Of a DNA stretch of 64,000 bases, positions 39,612 to 53,015 are shown piece after piece. This stretch comes from Kudoa neothunni (lineage: Eukaryota > Animalia > Cnidaria). The notes under the pieces are model-generated. The model saw nothing but the letters and a program-made list of their open reading frames with translations, did no database searches and was not told the origin of the DNA. The translations under genes and the position numbers were made by a program. The stretch is taken from positions 11,946,479 through 12,010,478 of the forward strand of contig OZ199839.1 in NCBI GenBank assembly GCA_964304625.1, given 5' to 3'. Each line of letters begins with the position of its first letter. Position 1 is the stretch's first letter.

Positions 39612-42473
39612 GGCATATGCTATTACCACGGGAATCGATTTCTCTTCAATTAGTATCTCTATTAAATAACTAATTTCACATTACTAATATTTATATTTGT
39701 CTCTACTAAATTACAGGATTAGGTAACAATTGAAATATCTTTTTTTACATATTTATATTGTTTATTTTATTGATCGTTTTTCATAATTAAATGAAAAATT
39801 TATTAATCTTAGTTTAAAACACGATCAAATTGTAGTATGTCATTTTCTGTCAGTAATAAGGTTAAAGTTAAAGAATTTTGTGTGATTTAGTATAAGTCTT
39901 ACATTACTCTTGAAGTGCGCGCCTTTACATGATATATTCAACCTCGTGTTATTTAATTTTTTTCCAATATTTAAATTATATGATTTAGTGTATTCTATTC
40001 ATAAATTATACTCATTATATTTCACAGAAATGATGTGAATTTTCCTCTTTAGATTTCAATATTGACAAGAATTTTGAAAAAATTAATCATAATTAGGTCA
40101 TTTTTCTGAAATTAGATAAATGTAACACGATGAGCAATGGCTATCCTAGTCAAATAAATAATGAGAGGTATAAGCATATTTAGTTTTCTTTTTGTATCCA
40201 ATAGTGGTTAAAGCGTATCCCTTTGGTCTCCCAACAGACTTCAATTGAGAGGGAACTTTTAAGGCTAAAATAATTTAAAAAAAGAAAGGAAATGAAAGTA
40301 CCATCAAGCTCGATCATATTTAAAATAGGTGCTAGTTGATCTTTAGATAAAACAGTTTAGAGGTCGGGAGCATTTTCATTTGAAATATTATTAATAATAA
40401 TATTCTCGATAATCTCCTCACCTTGCGGAATAATATTATTACCAACACCCTCAACAATTATTTGAGAATTAAAAATATTCTCAATAACATCTATTTTTTG
40501 TAAGTTAGATACGAGTAAAATATTCAAGTTAAGCGTCATATACCTCTTCCTTCAGAGATATCTTCATCTTCGGCTATAGCCTCAGAGTATTTAATATTCA
40601 ATGGTGCGATTTCCTAAAAATAAATCAAGAAAAATTAAGTTTTCTTAAAATACATAATTGATTTATTTTCTTTATTAATTTGATGTCGTGGTTCTTGATT
40701 ATTTTTTCTATTGTGTTGAATAGTGATAGGCAACTATCATAAAACTCCCCACAATATTCAGCGGACAAAGCTGCTAGCTTATTTGTGTAAATCGCAGAAT
40801 TTTTTAAACGTTTTCCATAAGAATCAAAAATTCCTTTTTGGTTTTATTGAAATACTCTCTTTTGGTGTTACATTTATAGTTTCCATTTCCAAGAATCGGC
40901 TCATGTAATCTTGTGACCATCTAGGGTGGCATAGATTTGAATCGAACATCGGAAGCAGGTTAAACGCTCTCTTTTTAAAAATACGACTACATGGAAGGAG
41001 GTACGATCTGTAAATATAACAATTACATCTTATGAATGTAGTTACACTATCTGTATTCGTGTTTTCGTTAAAATTTTGAATTTGTTTGTGGATTATATTG
41101 AAGGAAAATGGATTTAAATGATTAAAATACGCGTTTAGAACTTCATTTGAGGTATCAAAATTAACTGGCTTCAGTAATATTTTGATTATATTGTATTTCA
41201 TTTCTATTCTCATTGATTTGAGAGCGTCAAAGAAATAACGGAAAAAATCATTAAGATTTGAAAATTTCTTTATTGTTTGTTTTAGTTGATCATTAATGGC
41301 TTCTAATCTATTATTGGTCAAGTTTTCATAGAAAGGATATGCTACACTTAATCCTATGACCCATTCATCAGCGATTGGTTCCCAATTGGATTTAAAATAG
41401 TTAATAAACTTATCGTTGCTTTGTTGAAAAAGATTATTGCATAGTTTATCGAATTCATGTTTATTTTTCGAATAGATAATTTTATTAAGAGTTTCAAGCA
41501 ATTGGTCCCTTTTCTCTCGAGTGATACCGTATTTCGACATAGTTATTTCACGTCGGAAACTTTGAGAAACATGAAATATGCAGATCATTAGATTGGAGTT
41601 TGGAAATAATTCTTTCAAACATTTCCTTAGAGTGTGGTGCTTGTCAGTAATGATCATTCGGACATTTTGAGTCATGTTCGGCATCATTTTTATTAGTTTA
41701 GAAATATACCATTTAATTGACTCCGCCGTTTCATCGTACAAGATACAGCCGCTAGTTATGTGGGTTTCACCAACCGAGTCTTCTGCAACAGACAGATACA
41801 ATGGCGCACTAATAAACTAATAAAATAACGAAATAGAGAAAACCTCAGAAGATAACCGCGAGACTAGCAGTTTATAGGTTGCATCAAACATGGGTAAGTT
41901 TTCATAGATCCATGGATCATTTGGATGGTTATGAGTAGTGTTAGAAGATCTAATCTCCAGAAAATTTCCATCTACACTTACTCATAATGTAACTTTAAAT
42001 GGGCTCCAAAGTAGCATACGTAAGTTATTTCGTAATACACTAACGTGTTTTTAATATATCGATTAACCCGGTTTTGCACTGAGTCGATTCTTCTTGAATC
42101 TTTAGATTCACAAAATGACTTTTCTCATACTCTTAAATATAAAATTTTAAACATTCAAAAGTTTCAAGTTTCATTCCAACATGAAAATTGTCTGAATTCG
42201 AATCACTCATTGTAGTTCAACCAAATTCGTGAAACACGTGGAGTTATGTTTACACTGCATGGCTCAAAGCAATAAATTCGAAATGATTAATATTTTTAAT
42301 TAATTTGACGTTAATATTGTTTTAGTCTATTAGATTCGCTAACATTTATGTTGCTAGCAGTCTATTTTCCATAATTTAGTAGAGAAAAATGTAAATAATA
42401 GTAATGTTAAATCAGTTATTTAATAGAGATAACAATTGCAGAGAAATTGATTCCCGTGGTAATAGCCACTGCC
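39612..42473 (-). mobile_element. Mutator-like element (MULE) with SWIM-type transposase
   Basis: ~100-bp TIRs GGCA..GCTATTACCACGGGAATC; perfect 9-bp TSD TTTAAATTA at 39603-39611 and 42474-42482. Confidence 0.96.
40170..42210 (-). pseudogene. MULE transposase (multi-exon, internally deleted)
   Basis: FDATYKLLVSR|APLY across a 48-nt intron (41856-41809), then IITDK, CIFH, TNNRLE and SWIM CNC..PCS(R) with the terminal His lost. N-terminal zinc-domain remnant ...THNHP; C-terminal GRPKG. Main ORF 40824-41801. Confidence 0.88.
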
Positions 42474-42880
42474 TTTAAATTATATCATTAATTTTAATCG
42501 TTTATTTATATTAATTCCGATAAATTTATAAACTGTGATTTCTTCAATCAATAAAAATTAAAATTATCGATAATAAATTGTAAAAAATTATTTACTTTTA
42601 ATTTTTTAAAAATAATATTAAAAGAATTCATCTATATATAATGAATATAATATATATATGTGTGTCAAGGATTAATATTTAAGTGTACATTTTTAAGTCA
42701 AAATGATTAAAACTTTCCGAAATAATTGATTTTCGCATTAACCCTCTTTGTACGACGAGCGTGACCATAACGCAAAAGCCGGTGGCGACATTTTTGACTC
42801 CAGATCAAATCATTCTAAAACGTTTAAATTCTTTATTAAGCTAAATCAACACATACTTTAAAATAATTTCACACTATTAA

Positions 42881-45175
42881 CCCTCTGAGCGCCCCCAAAA
42901 CGACTTTACACATTTTTTCTTTGGGGTCAAATTGACCCCAGGCGTGTTACGAATTAATTTACGCTAATTTTTTCATAGTTTTTTAATTATCGATCTTTTT
43001 TTCAATGAGAACTAAGAAGAAATTAAAATATGTGGAATAGATTAATTTGCCTATACGAGGAATCATTAAATATAGTGTGGACTAGTCAGAAACTAATGAA
43101 AATGATGCGTTTATTAAGAAATTTGCGTGTTTTATCATTTTATATTTTCCTGCATTTATATAAAATCATATATCGTTGAGCATGTTGCGAATAAAAACAC
43201 ATTAAACCAACGGACAAGACAAATGCAAATATATTTTTCCAAGTAATTTACCTTATTTAGTAAGACATTTAACGTGAATAACGTTTGAGTGGTCATCGCA
43301 ACAGTTTGCCTTACAAACAGATCTTGTTTTTTTTGTCGCGGTTTCTTTCACAAAGACAACACCTTTTTCTACTTCGACTTGAACACTCCAAAGACATATT
43401 TTGTTATAACTTCTCATTATTAATGTTCAGAAAATTAGTTACAAGACTGTCCGCTAGCATTTCTAAATATTTCAGTCTAGAGCAACTAGGGTCAATGAAT
43501 ATTTCCTTATAAATATGGAATGAGTTAATCAAACTGGCGTCAACCATATTATAAAAAACTGCAGTGGGCCAGCCAACGCTTCGTGATCGTTTAACACTAG
43601 TTGTGGCAATTATACGGTCAACTGTGTCGACTCCTCCCTTGCATTTATTATAAGGATGTGTGACCACCTCAGGTTTTTTAGTGGCAGTATCATCAACATT
43701 TGTATTGCAAGAAGAAGTTGTTAGAAGTAAAACTGATTTGTTTTTTTTGGAACATACGAAAGCAACATAAATTTTTTGTAAAACAAAAATCTAGAACTGT
43801 TTACTTCTCTATTTCGGTCTTTCTTTAGATGCTCTGGAATGTCTCTCTTGTTACTGCGGATCGTACCAACCATAGCCATACCCCAATTCAAGAGATTTTC
43901 TGCAACAGAAATAGAGCTGAAAAAATTATCAAATACAATATTTCTGTCACTGTCTTAAATTAACGACAAGTTCCAAAACCACACTTTCACCAACATTTTT
44001 GGCTTTCTCGCTATTGTTTCTTCCCAAGTATACAGATATATTATAGATGTATTTTGTATCAGGGTCGGTAAGCAGAAAAAATTTTATACCGCAAACAGCA
44101 AGTTTCGACGGCGTGTATTGCTTAAAGGGACATTTACCTCTAAATGCAACAAGTCGCTCGTCGATGGTCAAATTTTCACCGGGAATAACTAATTTAGAAA
44201 TTCTGTCTTTTCAGGTATCAAAAATCTCTCGCAATGGGCAAAATTTGTCTAACTCACGTCTTGCTTCTCGGGTTTCAAAGTCATCAAAATGAAGAGACCT
44301 CGATATCTGGACAAATCTTTTTAGTAACACTATTTTTCTGAATATATTACAACACTCCAAAGTAATTTTAAGGACTCTAATTTTGACTTAAATATGGACA
44401 TATAAATTAGAAATTCAAGGTAAGCTTCAAATTCTTCCAATGTTATAGATTTCCACTCATTATTGTAATGAAAATCCCCAAATTTGTTTGTGTTCGAAAT
44501 CACACTAGAAAAAAATAAAATGTCAAAAAATATCAAGAATTTATCCGATATTTCTCTAATTCATGACGTCTCGTAGGCACTTAAACCTGGGATCGGATGA
44601 TGTATATTTTTCTTTTGAGTTTTTGTGATCTTTGGTGTAACCGAGGACGAAGCAATTCCATTTTTGTCGAGGAATAGATTTCTGTTTTTGCGATTTGCGT
44701 TATTTCGTTGTCGGATTCTGATAAAGAATCAAATAAATGAAGACTGTCGTCTATTTCATTTGCTTCGGAATCATTTTCTGATCAGAACTCGTTCTCAAAA
44801 TCACTCATTTTCAAAATGTATTTTCTTGCCTGTGTTTGTGAATCTTCGCTGAGCATATTTTTGGTTTTTTTCTCTATATTTTATGATAAAATCCCTTTAA
44901 AATTTAATTTAATTTAATTTAACTTAACTTAATTTAAACAAAACATTTTTCATTTAGACTTGATACGTGTATTTTTACGTTCCCCCAAAGAAAGAATATG
45001 TTAGTATTTATTTCACTATTTAATATATTATTTCTAATTTTTTTTTACTTTCAAATCAAAAAGCACATTATAGGCAAATAGCTTGATTTTTAAACTAATT
45101 AAAGCTTTATGAGACAACATAAAACACAACACAAAATCATTTGGGGTCAATTTGAACCCATAGACGTTCGGAAGG
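42881..45175 (-). mobile_element. piggyBac transposon, degenerate
   Basis: TTAA at both ends, CCCT.../...AAGG termini and subterminal GGGGTCAAATTGACCCC palindromes. Transposase fragments TIDERLVAFRGKCPF, FDNFF, GTIRSNKR and YNKCKGGVDTVD. Confidence 0.93.
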
Positions 45176-47655
45176 TTAATAGGTAAAATGGGTTCTAATT
45201 TCCAGAAATAGTGATGTTAATTTGGGCACGCGCAAATAGGTTACCCACCCACAGTTTAATGAGAGTTTAAATGTCAAATTCTTTTAGGGGTTAGCTTGAG
45301 TCATAAAAATAAAAATAACGCCGGATTAATTAATTAATTATTTATTTAATTAAAGAATTAATTGGATATTAAAATGAGCTGTAATGAGAAGCATCTTCGT
45401 TACCAATTGGAAGACTTAGAATGGATTAAGTATATTTTGATCAGACAATGCACTTTTGTTCATGACAACATTTTTTCTAAATTTTGAATTATTTCTTGAT
45501 TCGTTCTTGTACATTCGCGAAATTTTGTTATTGCTTTGTGTTTCATTCGCGTGCATGCCAACCTGTCAGTTTGAAATTAGTCGTTTAATAGGTTGAGAAT
45601 CAAGATACTTTCTCCAAAAAAAGACTTTTTGATTAACATATTAAGGATTTAATGTATGGCGTCACGGGGTTGAACTAATGCTTGGAATTTCATTGACTAT
45701 AACCGTACCATGTTCATAGAAAATATTTTAATTAAATTTTTCAAAAATATATGATAATTTATATTGTTAAGGAATTTCGATTAGCAGAAGTTTATTAAAA
45801 TTGGAGTAATTTAGTTCTAGATCAAGTAATAAGGTAGGATTACGGATCTAAAAACAACCATTGGGGAATCTGTGTTTTTCTATTCATAAGCGGTTGTTCA
45901 TAATCAAATATAAAAACGCTGAAAGCATGGATTCAGTTAATTATTATAACTTCTACATTAAATAAACGTGTTGAAAACATTTGTATTAATGTTTTATTTT
46001 CCAAATGATATGATTAAATTACTTTAGTAAACGTCGCATATTTTGTTATAAATAATAAACCATCTTCTGTATTAATGTTTATACATTTATTATAAACTTT
46101 TTACAAAACTACATCAATCAGTTAATACATTTTTTAGTTTTTAAATTTTTATAATGACCAAATGCTCAGCTTTATTATTTCAGTACAATAATATGCAAAA
46201 AAAATTAGTTTGTAATTTATTTTTAAATAACTATTTACAAATAATAAAAATAAATCATCTAAATTGCATTTTAGTAATATTGTGTTTATAACAATACTTA
46301 ATTTAAGTAATTTACTGATGCATATGATTTGTGAAATTTATATTATATTTAATATTATTAAAATTAACTATTTTATTGTAAGTTTTCTATTTTGTAACGA
46401 ATGTAAAATGGGCTTATATAAACTCAAATAGATTAAATGAAAGAACTAACAAGTTTTGGATATTGTAAGAGATTTAACAATCTAAGCATTTTCGATAATG
46501 AGATAAACTAAGCTATTGGCGCTTGTTTTCTTATATAATAGATGTAGATGCACATTATTTTAACTAATCCCTCAAAATTTGAATGAATCTCTTAATGTTG
46601 AAATTTCGAGTATTTAATAGTCTCTATAATCGCATTTTTAAACCCCCATTTGATATGTTCTCCAGGAATATTGACGATGTGAAAAAAGGGTTCAATTGTG
46701 TTTCTCTACTAATGGAAAATATCCCGCACTAAGTCATAGGAATGATACAACTTTTAATCCATATTTAACAAAGATTGAAACAAATCCTCCTAAACTGGCT
46801 TTATTATTTGAATAAAATGGAATAGATCGTTTAGAAATAAATCTACAGGTAGCCATTGCCAACCCATCGACCAGAATATATTTCAATGCAAGTTTAAATT
46901 TATATAAATATTAAAATTAACTCTCGTTTAGCCATATTTTTTGCGGGTTTTAATATAATAACGACAGCATTCAAATATTTTTGAAATATTAACATATAAT
47001 AATTAAGTTCCTATGAAACTGTAACATTAACTATGTAGTAGGAAGAATTTGAATGTTCTTTTCGTAGGAAATCATGTTATTTTGTCTTTAAAATCTAACG
47101 ACATTACGCATTAGTTTTTTTCACCACGTTCAAGATTTTTAAAAATTGTCATAATAGGTTTATATGTTTTTAAATCAACCAAATAGATTTGTATATAATA
47201 TATATTCGAATTGAGAAAAATTATTAATATAAAATTATTTTTGATATCAACGTTATGCATTTGATACAATTAATTAGTTAATGTTTATATAAAAATGAAA
47301 TTCTTATTCTGATGGAAATTCAATTAATAGTAGGCCATTGCTAAGGATGAATTATTGAAATATGACGTTTGATAAAAATTATAGTTGTCACACTCACATT
47401 TTAGGATAAATAAAGCAATCTCTAATCGATCGATTAAATGATATTTCATCTGGAAATAACTGCGAGAGGCTAACAGTTATTTCAAGAATATATTATAGCA
47501 ACTATTATTGATAACAAATACAGTGCCTAAAATAACCTAATGGTGATGAAACAGTGATAAATACAAAAATTAAAATAATCAACAGGTGGTTCAATTTTTA
47601 TAGTGGTCGCTGATTTAGAATACGGCCACTATTCTATATTTTAATCAAAAAAATG

Positions 47656-49220
47656 TATTTCTTTTAAAATATCAGCTAAACTACAGTATCTGTGTACGAA
47701 CTTGAGGCGGTGTCGCATACATAATCGGAAATAAAGTCATTTCCTACAATTACAATTCGTCCTGTTAATTCAGCTCGTTTTCAAAAGCTTTTTCATTTTT
47801 GTTCTTATCACAAAAAATTACATTGTGTAGTTAAAATAAAATCAAAAAGAATTAATCTAAAGCTGGAAATAAATTTAAGTAGAGCACATTCGGATTCACC
47901 AGGAATATCTATGTTGTTGATAAATTAATCGAAAAAATTATTATTTCTCTATAGTATTAACAAATTCAAAGTCTTTAATTGTTCATTTAATTTTTTCATT
48001 TGTTTCTACTAGTAATAAATTTGTAAATGTTCAATATTGTGAATTTGTATTTTTAAAACAGAACTTTCTGATTTATTCTATTCAAAATTAAAACTAAGAA
48101 GTTTTAATTTAACAATAATATTCCTTAGTGTGGCTTTTAGTTTATAAATTTTTCAGCATAGTTTATTCATGATTAAAAAAATTTTATAATAATATTTGTT
48201 TCAAAATTCAAACGTGAAATTTTTACTTTATTTTTTTAAGTTATATTTTTATTTATTTACATTAAGTAACAAAATACTCAATAATTGTTTTTTAATTATA
48301 TTAATTCAAATCAATTATGGATATCTATAAGTCAAAAGCATTTTTTTATTATTTATCTCAACATTAATTACTTAGTTTTTTAATATAACATGAAATTTTT
48401 CATTCTTTATAGAGAGACATATCGCCCTATTTGAGCACAAATATGGAAAGATAAAATTTTATTTTAACACAGAAAAATACGTAAAAAATTATAGAAGATT
48501 TGCTTCCTACAAAATGACTAAAAACATTTTCACGGGGTATGATATGTATGATTTTAGGTTTTATGCAAACAGATCATTTCGTTAATGTTTTCAAAAGTGA
48601 ATTTTAAATGTTTTATAGTGTTTATTTTACTTTATAATTATTTTAAAATAATTTAGTAATTGAATTAATTCTATACGGAAGGTTATATTATATTAATTAA
48701 CCCAACATTAATATGAAATTCATTTGTTGATGTTTAACAAGATTAGTACTATTCATAAGGTACGATTTAGAGCTTATTGTGAACAATAAGGAGAAAATCG
48801 ATTTTTAGGTGCTCTAAAAAGGAAATTCAAACGCTCAGTAGTGTTTATTCGTTTTTAAAAATATTAAATAAAGTTCATGCACCCAATGAGTTAAATAAAT
48901 CATCAGTTAATTGGGTAATCTTTTTACTACTTATAAAAGTACTCTGAGTTTACTTTGAACTTCAAATGACCTTGGCCTACTCAAGGCTTTAGTCTGCGGG
49001 GCTTTTGCGCTAGTATTTTATAATCTAATTCAATATCTGTGGGTGGTTAGGTGTTTCAAACGGTTAAAACGTATTTAATTATTTTACTGATATGTATTAT
49101 ATATGAAAATATTTTCAAAGATAAACCACAAAACGTTGGAATCATGAACTCCCTATCCAAATCCTTAATAATCCCCACTTCAACACATAATCACCCTCGT
49201 TTTTTAAAGGCCTACTCACA
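47656..49220 (+). repeat. Direct repeat copy 1 (unknown sequence; Helitron MITE inserted at 48390-49013)
   Basis: 47656-48390 and 49130-49220 align with 55335-56180 and 56278-56360. Confidence 0.85.
48390..49013 (+). mobile_element. Non-autonomous Helitron family A (5' truncated)
   Basis: Matches 1360-1455 and 1497-1600; ends GCTTTTGCGCTAG|T. Confidence 0.75.
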
Positions 49221-49614
49221 AATGACCTCGCAAGTTATCCATTATAATAAATTGATTGTGCAATGTAACGAAAATCATGACAAATAAAAATTTATAAATA
49301 TCTTATTGAACCACTTAAATTCGAGTTAAACGTAAATTTTTCGAGAAAAATTGAAAAATCATGTATCCATTAAACATTAAATTAGAAAATGGGATGAAAA
49401 AAATTTTAAAACTATTTATAAATGAATTTATACAAGTATCAATCATTAGTCTTTCTGAGTCCGTATGTCTGCAAAGTTTCGGTAATCCCAAAAATGTATT
49501 CATGGTCTATTGTGAACTGCTGTCGTTGTCGTTGTCATTGTTTAAATTAGAATAATAAATTATTCTGATAAAAATACTTCTTGAATTACTATTGAGCAAA
49601 CTATTTGATATTAA

Positions 49615-49918
49615 CTCTAATCCTCTTAGGTCCCGTGAACACTCGGAGAAATTTAAAACCCACAAAAAATTTTGAGATATATAATATTAATATTAAATTT
49701 ATTTATTCATATTCACAAATATTCTTTAAAACTGGCTCAAAATAAACATTCTAAAAAAACTTTGAATATTAAAAATTTTAGCTAATACTATAATTTAATT
49801 ATAAACTTTAATTTAATTATAAACTTTACACTTAAAGGTTAGCTGACCTCTTAAACGTCTTTTAATTCTCATTTATAGAGAAAAATGCAGAATAATCTGA
49901 AATTTGGTCCCGGGAGGG
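49615..49918. mobile_element. Possible piggyBac-derived MITE
   Basis: Right end GGGAGGG|TTAA; degenerate left end after TTAA at 49611. Confidence 0.35.
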
Positions 49919-49919
49919 T

Positions 49920-52900
49920 TAATCTTTTCCATTCTAATTGAGTTATTCTTTCCTTTCCTTTCATGGCAATAAAACTGATATTTCCTAATAGGCTTTCAAT
50001 TTAAGAACAATAAGTACCATTTTTGAGTTAAACAGAAAAATATGATGCATATCATCCTACTAAATGGAACTGTTTTTAGAAAATAGGTTCAAATAAATAA
50101 AACTAAATAGAAAATATTATATTTCATGTCAATAAAAGATCATAATAACAAATAATAAAATGGAAAAAAATAAGTTATTGTTACTTCCTCCAAAAGCCAA
50201 AAGTATAAACGATATTAAATCATAAAAATTATTATAAAAATAAATTTACAAATTATAACCAGGAAATAAGCAACAGAGTGTACACTGAGAATGCAATAAT
50301 TAGAATCATCTCTAAAATATACATATTATTGTTATGGAAATTATATGTTAAATTTGCCTTTTACAGTCAATCGTCGATTTTTGACAAAAACATCCCTAAA
50401 GTATTTAGGAAATATATTCCGAAATACAAAAATTACGCTATTTAATCATTATTATGAAGATTAAATAACTAAAATAAACTTAATATAATAATTTTTAGGT
50501 TTCTATAAAATTAAAATTTAAAAATATTATTTATAAATTTAAAATTATTTTTTAGTAAAAGTTATACGAGGATATATATTTAGAAGGTTGAAAGTTTATT
50601 TTGTATTCAGGGTTGTTGTATTCAGGCCTAAACGTAATTTATAGAGCGACATTAGGTCGAATTACCTAATATAATATGAGCAGATTCCATCAAAGTTGCA
50701 GTACTATAAATTCTTTCAAAATTTATATTAGGTAATTAAGTTATACTTGGTGGGTGGGACAACTTATATTCTTGCATTTTCCAATTTCTTTATATTCGCT
50801 CATACAATCACCTTGATAACAAACCTTTTGTTTTTTATTAAAAAGGTGGGATATCATTCGTTCATATGTATGTATATTACAGTTCCTATAGGGCATTTAA
50901 TATTTCTGCACAATTTTTTATTTTTGTTAGCGTTAATGCATCTATTATTCAAACACATCTAAAAATGTTGTTAATAATTTTTTTTATATGTATTACTTTA
51001 GATATTCCGCAATAATGACCGTTAGGAATGAGGCCAAGATAGTTATCCGATAGAGATGGTTTTACGAATCTACTCACATATAAAGTGGAATTTTAAATAT
51101 TAATATTTACGGACAATATCCACCAGATTCAACGTGTGAATAATATATACCGAAATATTTAGAAAATATATCCGTAAAGCAAGGCAAAAGGCCACAATAA
51201 GATGTGCTATCATATGTTTAATTGGAAACTGTTCACACAAGTTTACCTAGTTTTTTCCTCAGGCAGAGTCAAATCAATATTTTTTTGAAGAGATAATAAA
51301 TAAATACATCTCGTATCATACCTCAAGTTCTCTATGTAATGCTATTGTAAAATGTAAATATACAATCTAGTTATTTACGAAAATCATGTAACGTAAGACA
51401 CTGACTTTGTGGATTTGGACATATTCCATTCACACAAAATGCCTTGTTATATAAAAAAGGATTATTCGATAAAAATATTAATAATTTTGTACACGGCCAC
51501 CGTTACACGGGGTTCCGTCTGGAACAATGTTGGATGCTGGACACTATCTCAAACATTCAGTTAATTTAAGTACAATTGACATATATAATACTAGAGAGCT
51601 TTTTCCAGAACATCTTTCTTCCTCATGACAATTGTCACCGTTACGACATAACTTACCCCTTTTTTTGAACTGTGAATGATGATTCAAATACATTTACATA
51701 AAGTATATTTAAATATACTTTACAATTTTCACAACATTCCCCTTTAGAACATTCAAAACCTTTTATTAATGTACATGAAGTCATATTGCAGCATTCATTT
51801 TCTCGAGCCAATATGCAATTGGCTTCAAACCCACAATCACATTCTTCGCCAGGATCTATCATACCATTTCCACAAACTTGAAAGATAGGATGGTTAACGT
51901 TATTCTACACATTACATAAATTTAATTCGTAACTCAATAAATGTTTTATAAAAACCAATAAAAAGTCATTCCTGTGGTATTTTTCAAAAAAATTTCTCAA
52001 ATGTTCAAAACTTTTTATACTGAAAGCTGGCGGATAAGGGAATTCTTCAGGCCTAGATGAACAATGTATAGATAAAAATAACTATCTGTAGTAATACCAC
52101 AGGAATGCACTGGAACTCATTATACACCCCGGATTCGCTTGAAAACAATCATTTTCTATGATATGTTATGTAATTACATAACATATCATAGATACACAGT
52201 ATCATAACAAATACCTGCTCCGTCAAAATGACTACAACCGAGCAAGTGGCCTAATTCGTGAGAAAATGTAACGTGATTTATGTTACGATCAAGAAATATT
52301 TTATCTAATATCTTTGACACCTTTTGAATAGGAACAATAATTATTATGATACTTTGACAACTGCAGTTCCAAACACAGGATTGTTTCCAATATTACTTAG
52401 AGCTCTTCCATCGTTATTAACGTTATTTTGAAACCTTTGTTAAATTCATTTATTTGAATCAGAGAAACCTTTTACACAAAAAGTATATAAAGTCCCGTTG
52501 TAATGGATGATTGTTTAAGAAATGTTCGAAATTCGTCAACTGTCTCGAATATTGTTTTTCCAGTCTCTGGAAAACTACTCATTTCAAACGCTTTCACTAG
52601 TATCTTAATATTATGCCAAGCATAACTCTATCAATAATGTTATCAAATATAACAATTTTTTTATAATTTTATAACTTGCATGGATTTAACGACTAAATCA
52701 CGAAGGTACAACGGATGTCTCTTTCAAGTTTCTTCTATCTGTAAATTATTATAGTTGAATAATTTTCAATACTGTGCTTTTTGCTTTGTGTATGTTTATA
52801 TGCACGTATTGTGTAGTTTCCAAGCGCCTGAGATAATTGGAATTTCTCTCCAGCTTTAAATAGTTATAGCTTAGTCAATTAGTTATAGGTTACATCCAAT

Positions 52901-53015
52901 TGTGGATTTGAATTATTGATATTTACTTAAATAATTTAACAACCATCGTAATAATAATAATAATTATACCTTGAATAATGATTAAAAAAATAGTAACACA
53001 CCAAAACTTAATCAT
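49920..53015 (-). CDS. ADAM-family (M12B) disintegrin and metalloprotease, many mini-introns; one possible in-frame TGA
   Basis: Signal MIKFWCVTIFLIIIQ; zinc motif HELGHLLGCSH (52260-52228); Met-turn CIMS. Disintegrin CGNGMIDPGEECDCG...CCNMTSCTL...CSKGECCENCK; Cys-rich GLIPNGHYCG..MCLNNRC; EGF-like and hydrophobic exons near 50000-50400. The 3' end is approximate. Confidence 0.9.

Noticed and set aside
39915-39935. U5 snRNA loop-like CGCCTTTAC
   Set aside because: Imperfect match, no convincing flanking stem or Sm site, and it lies inside the MULE.
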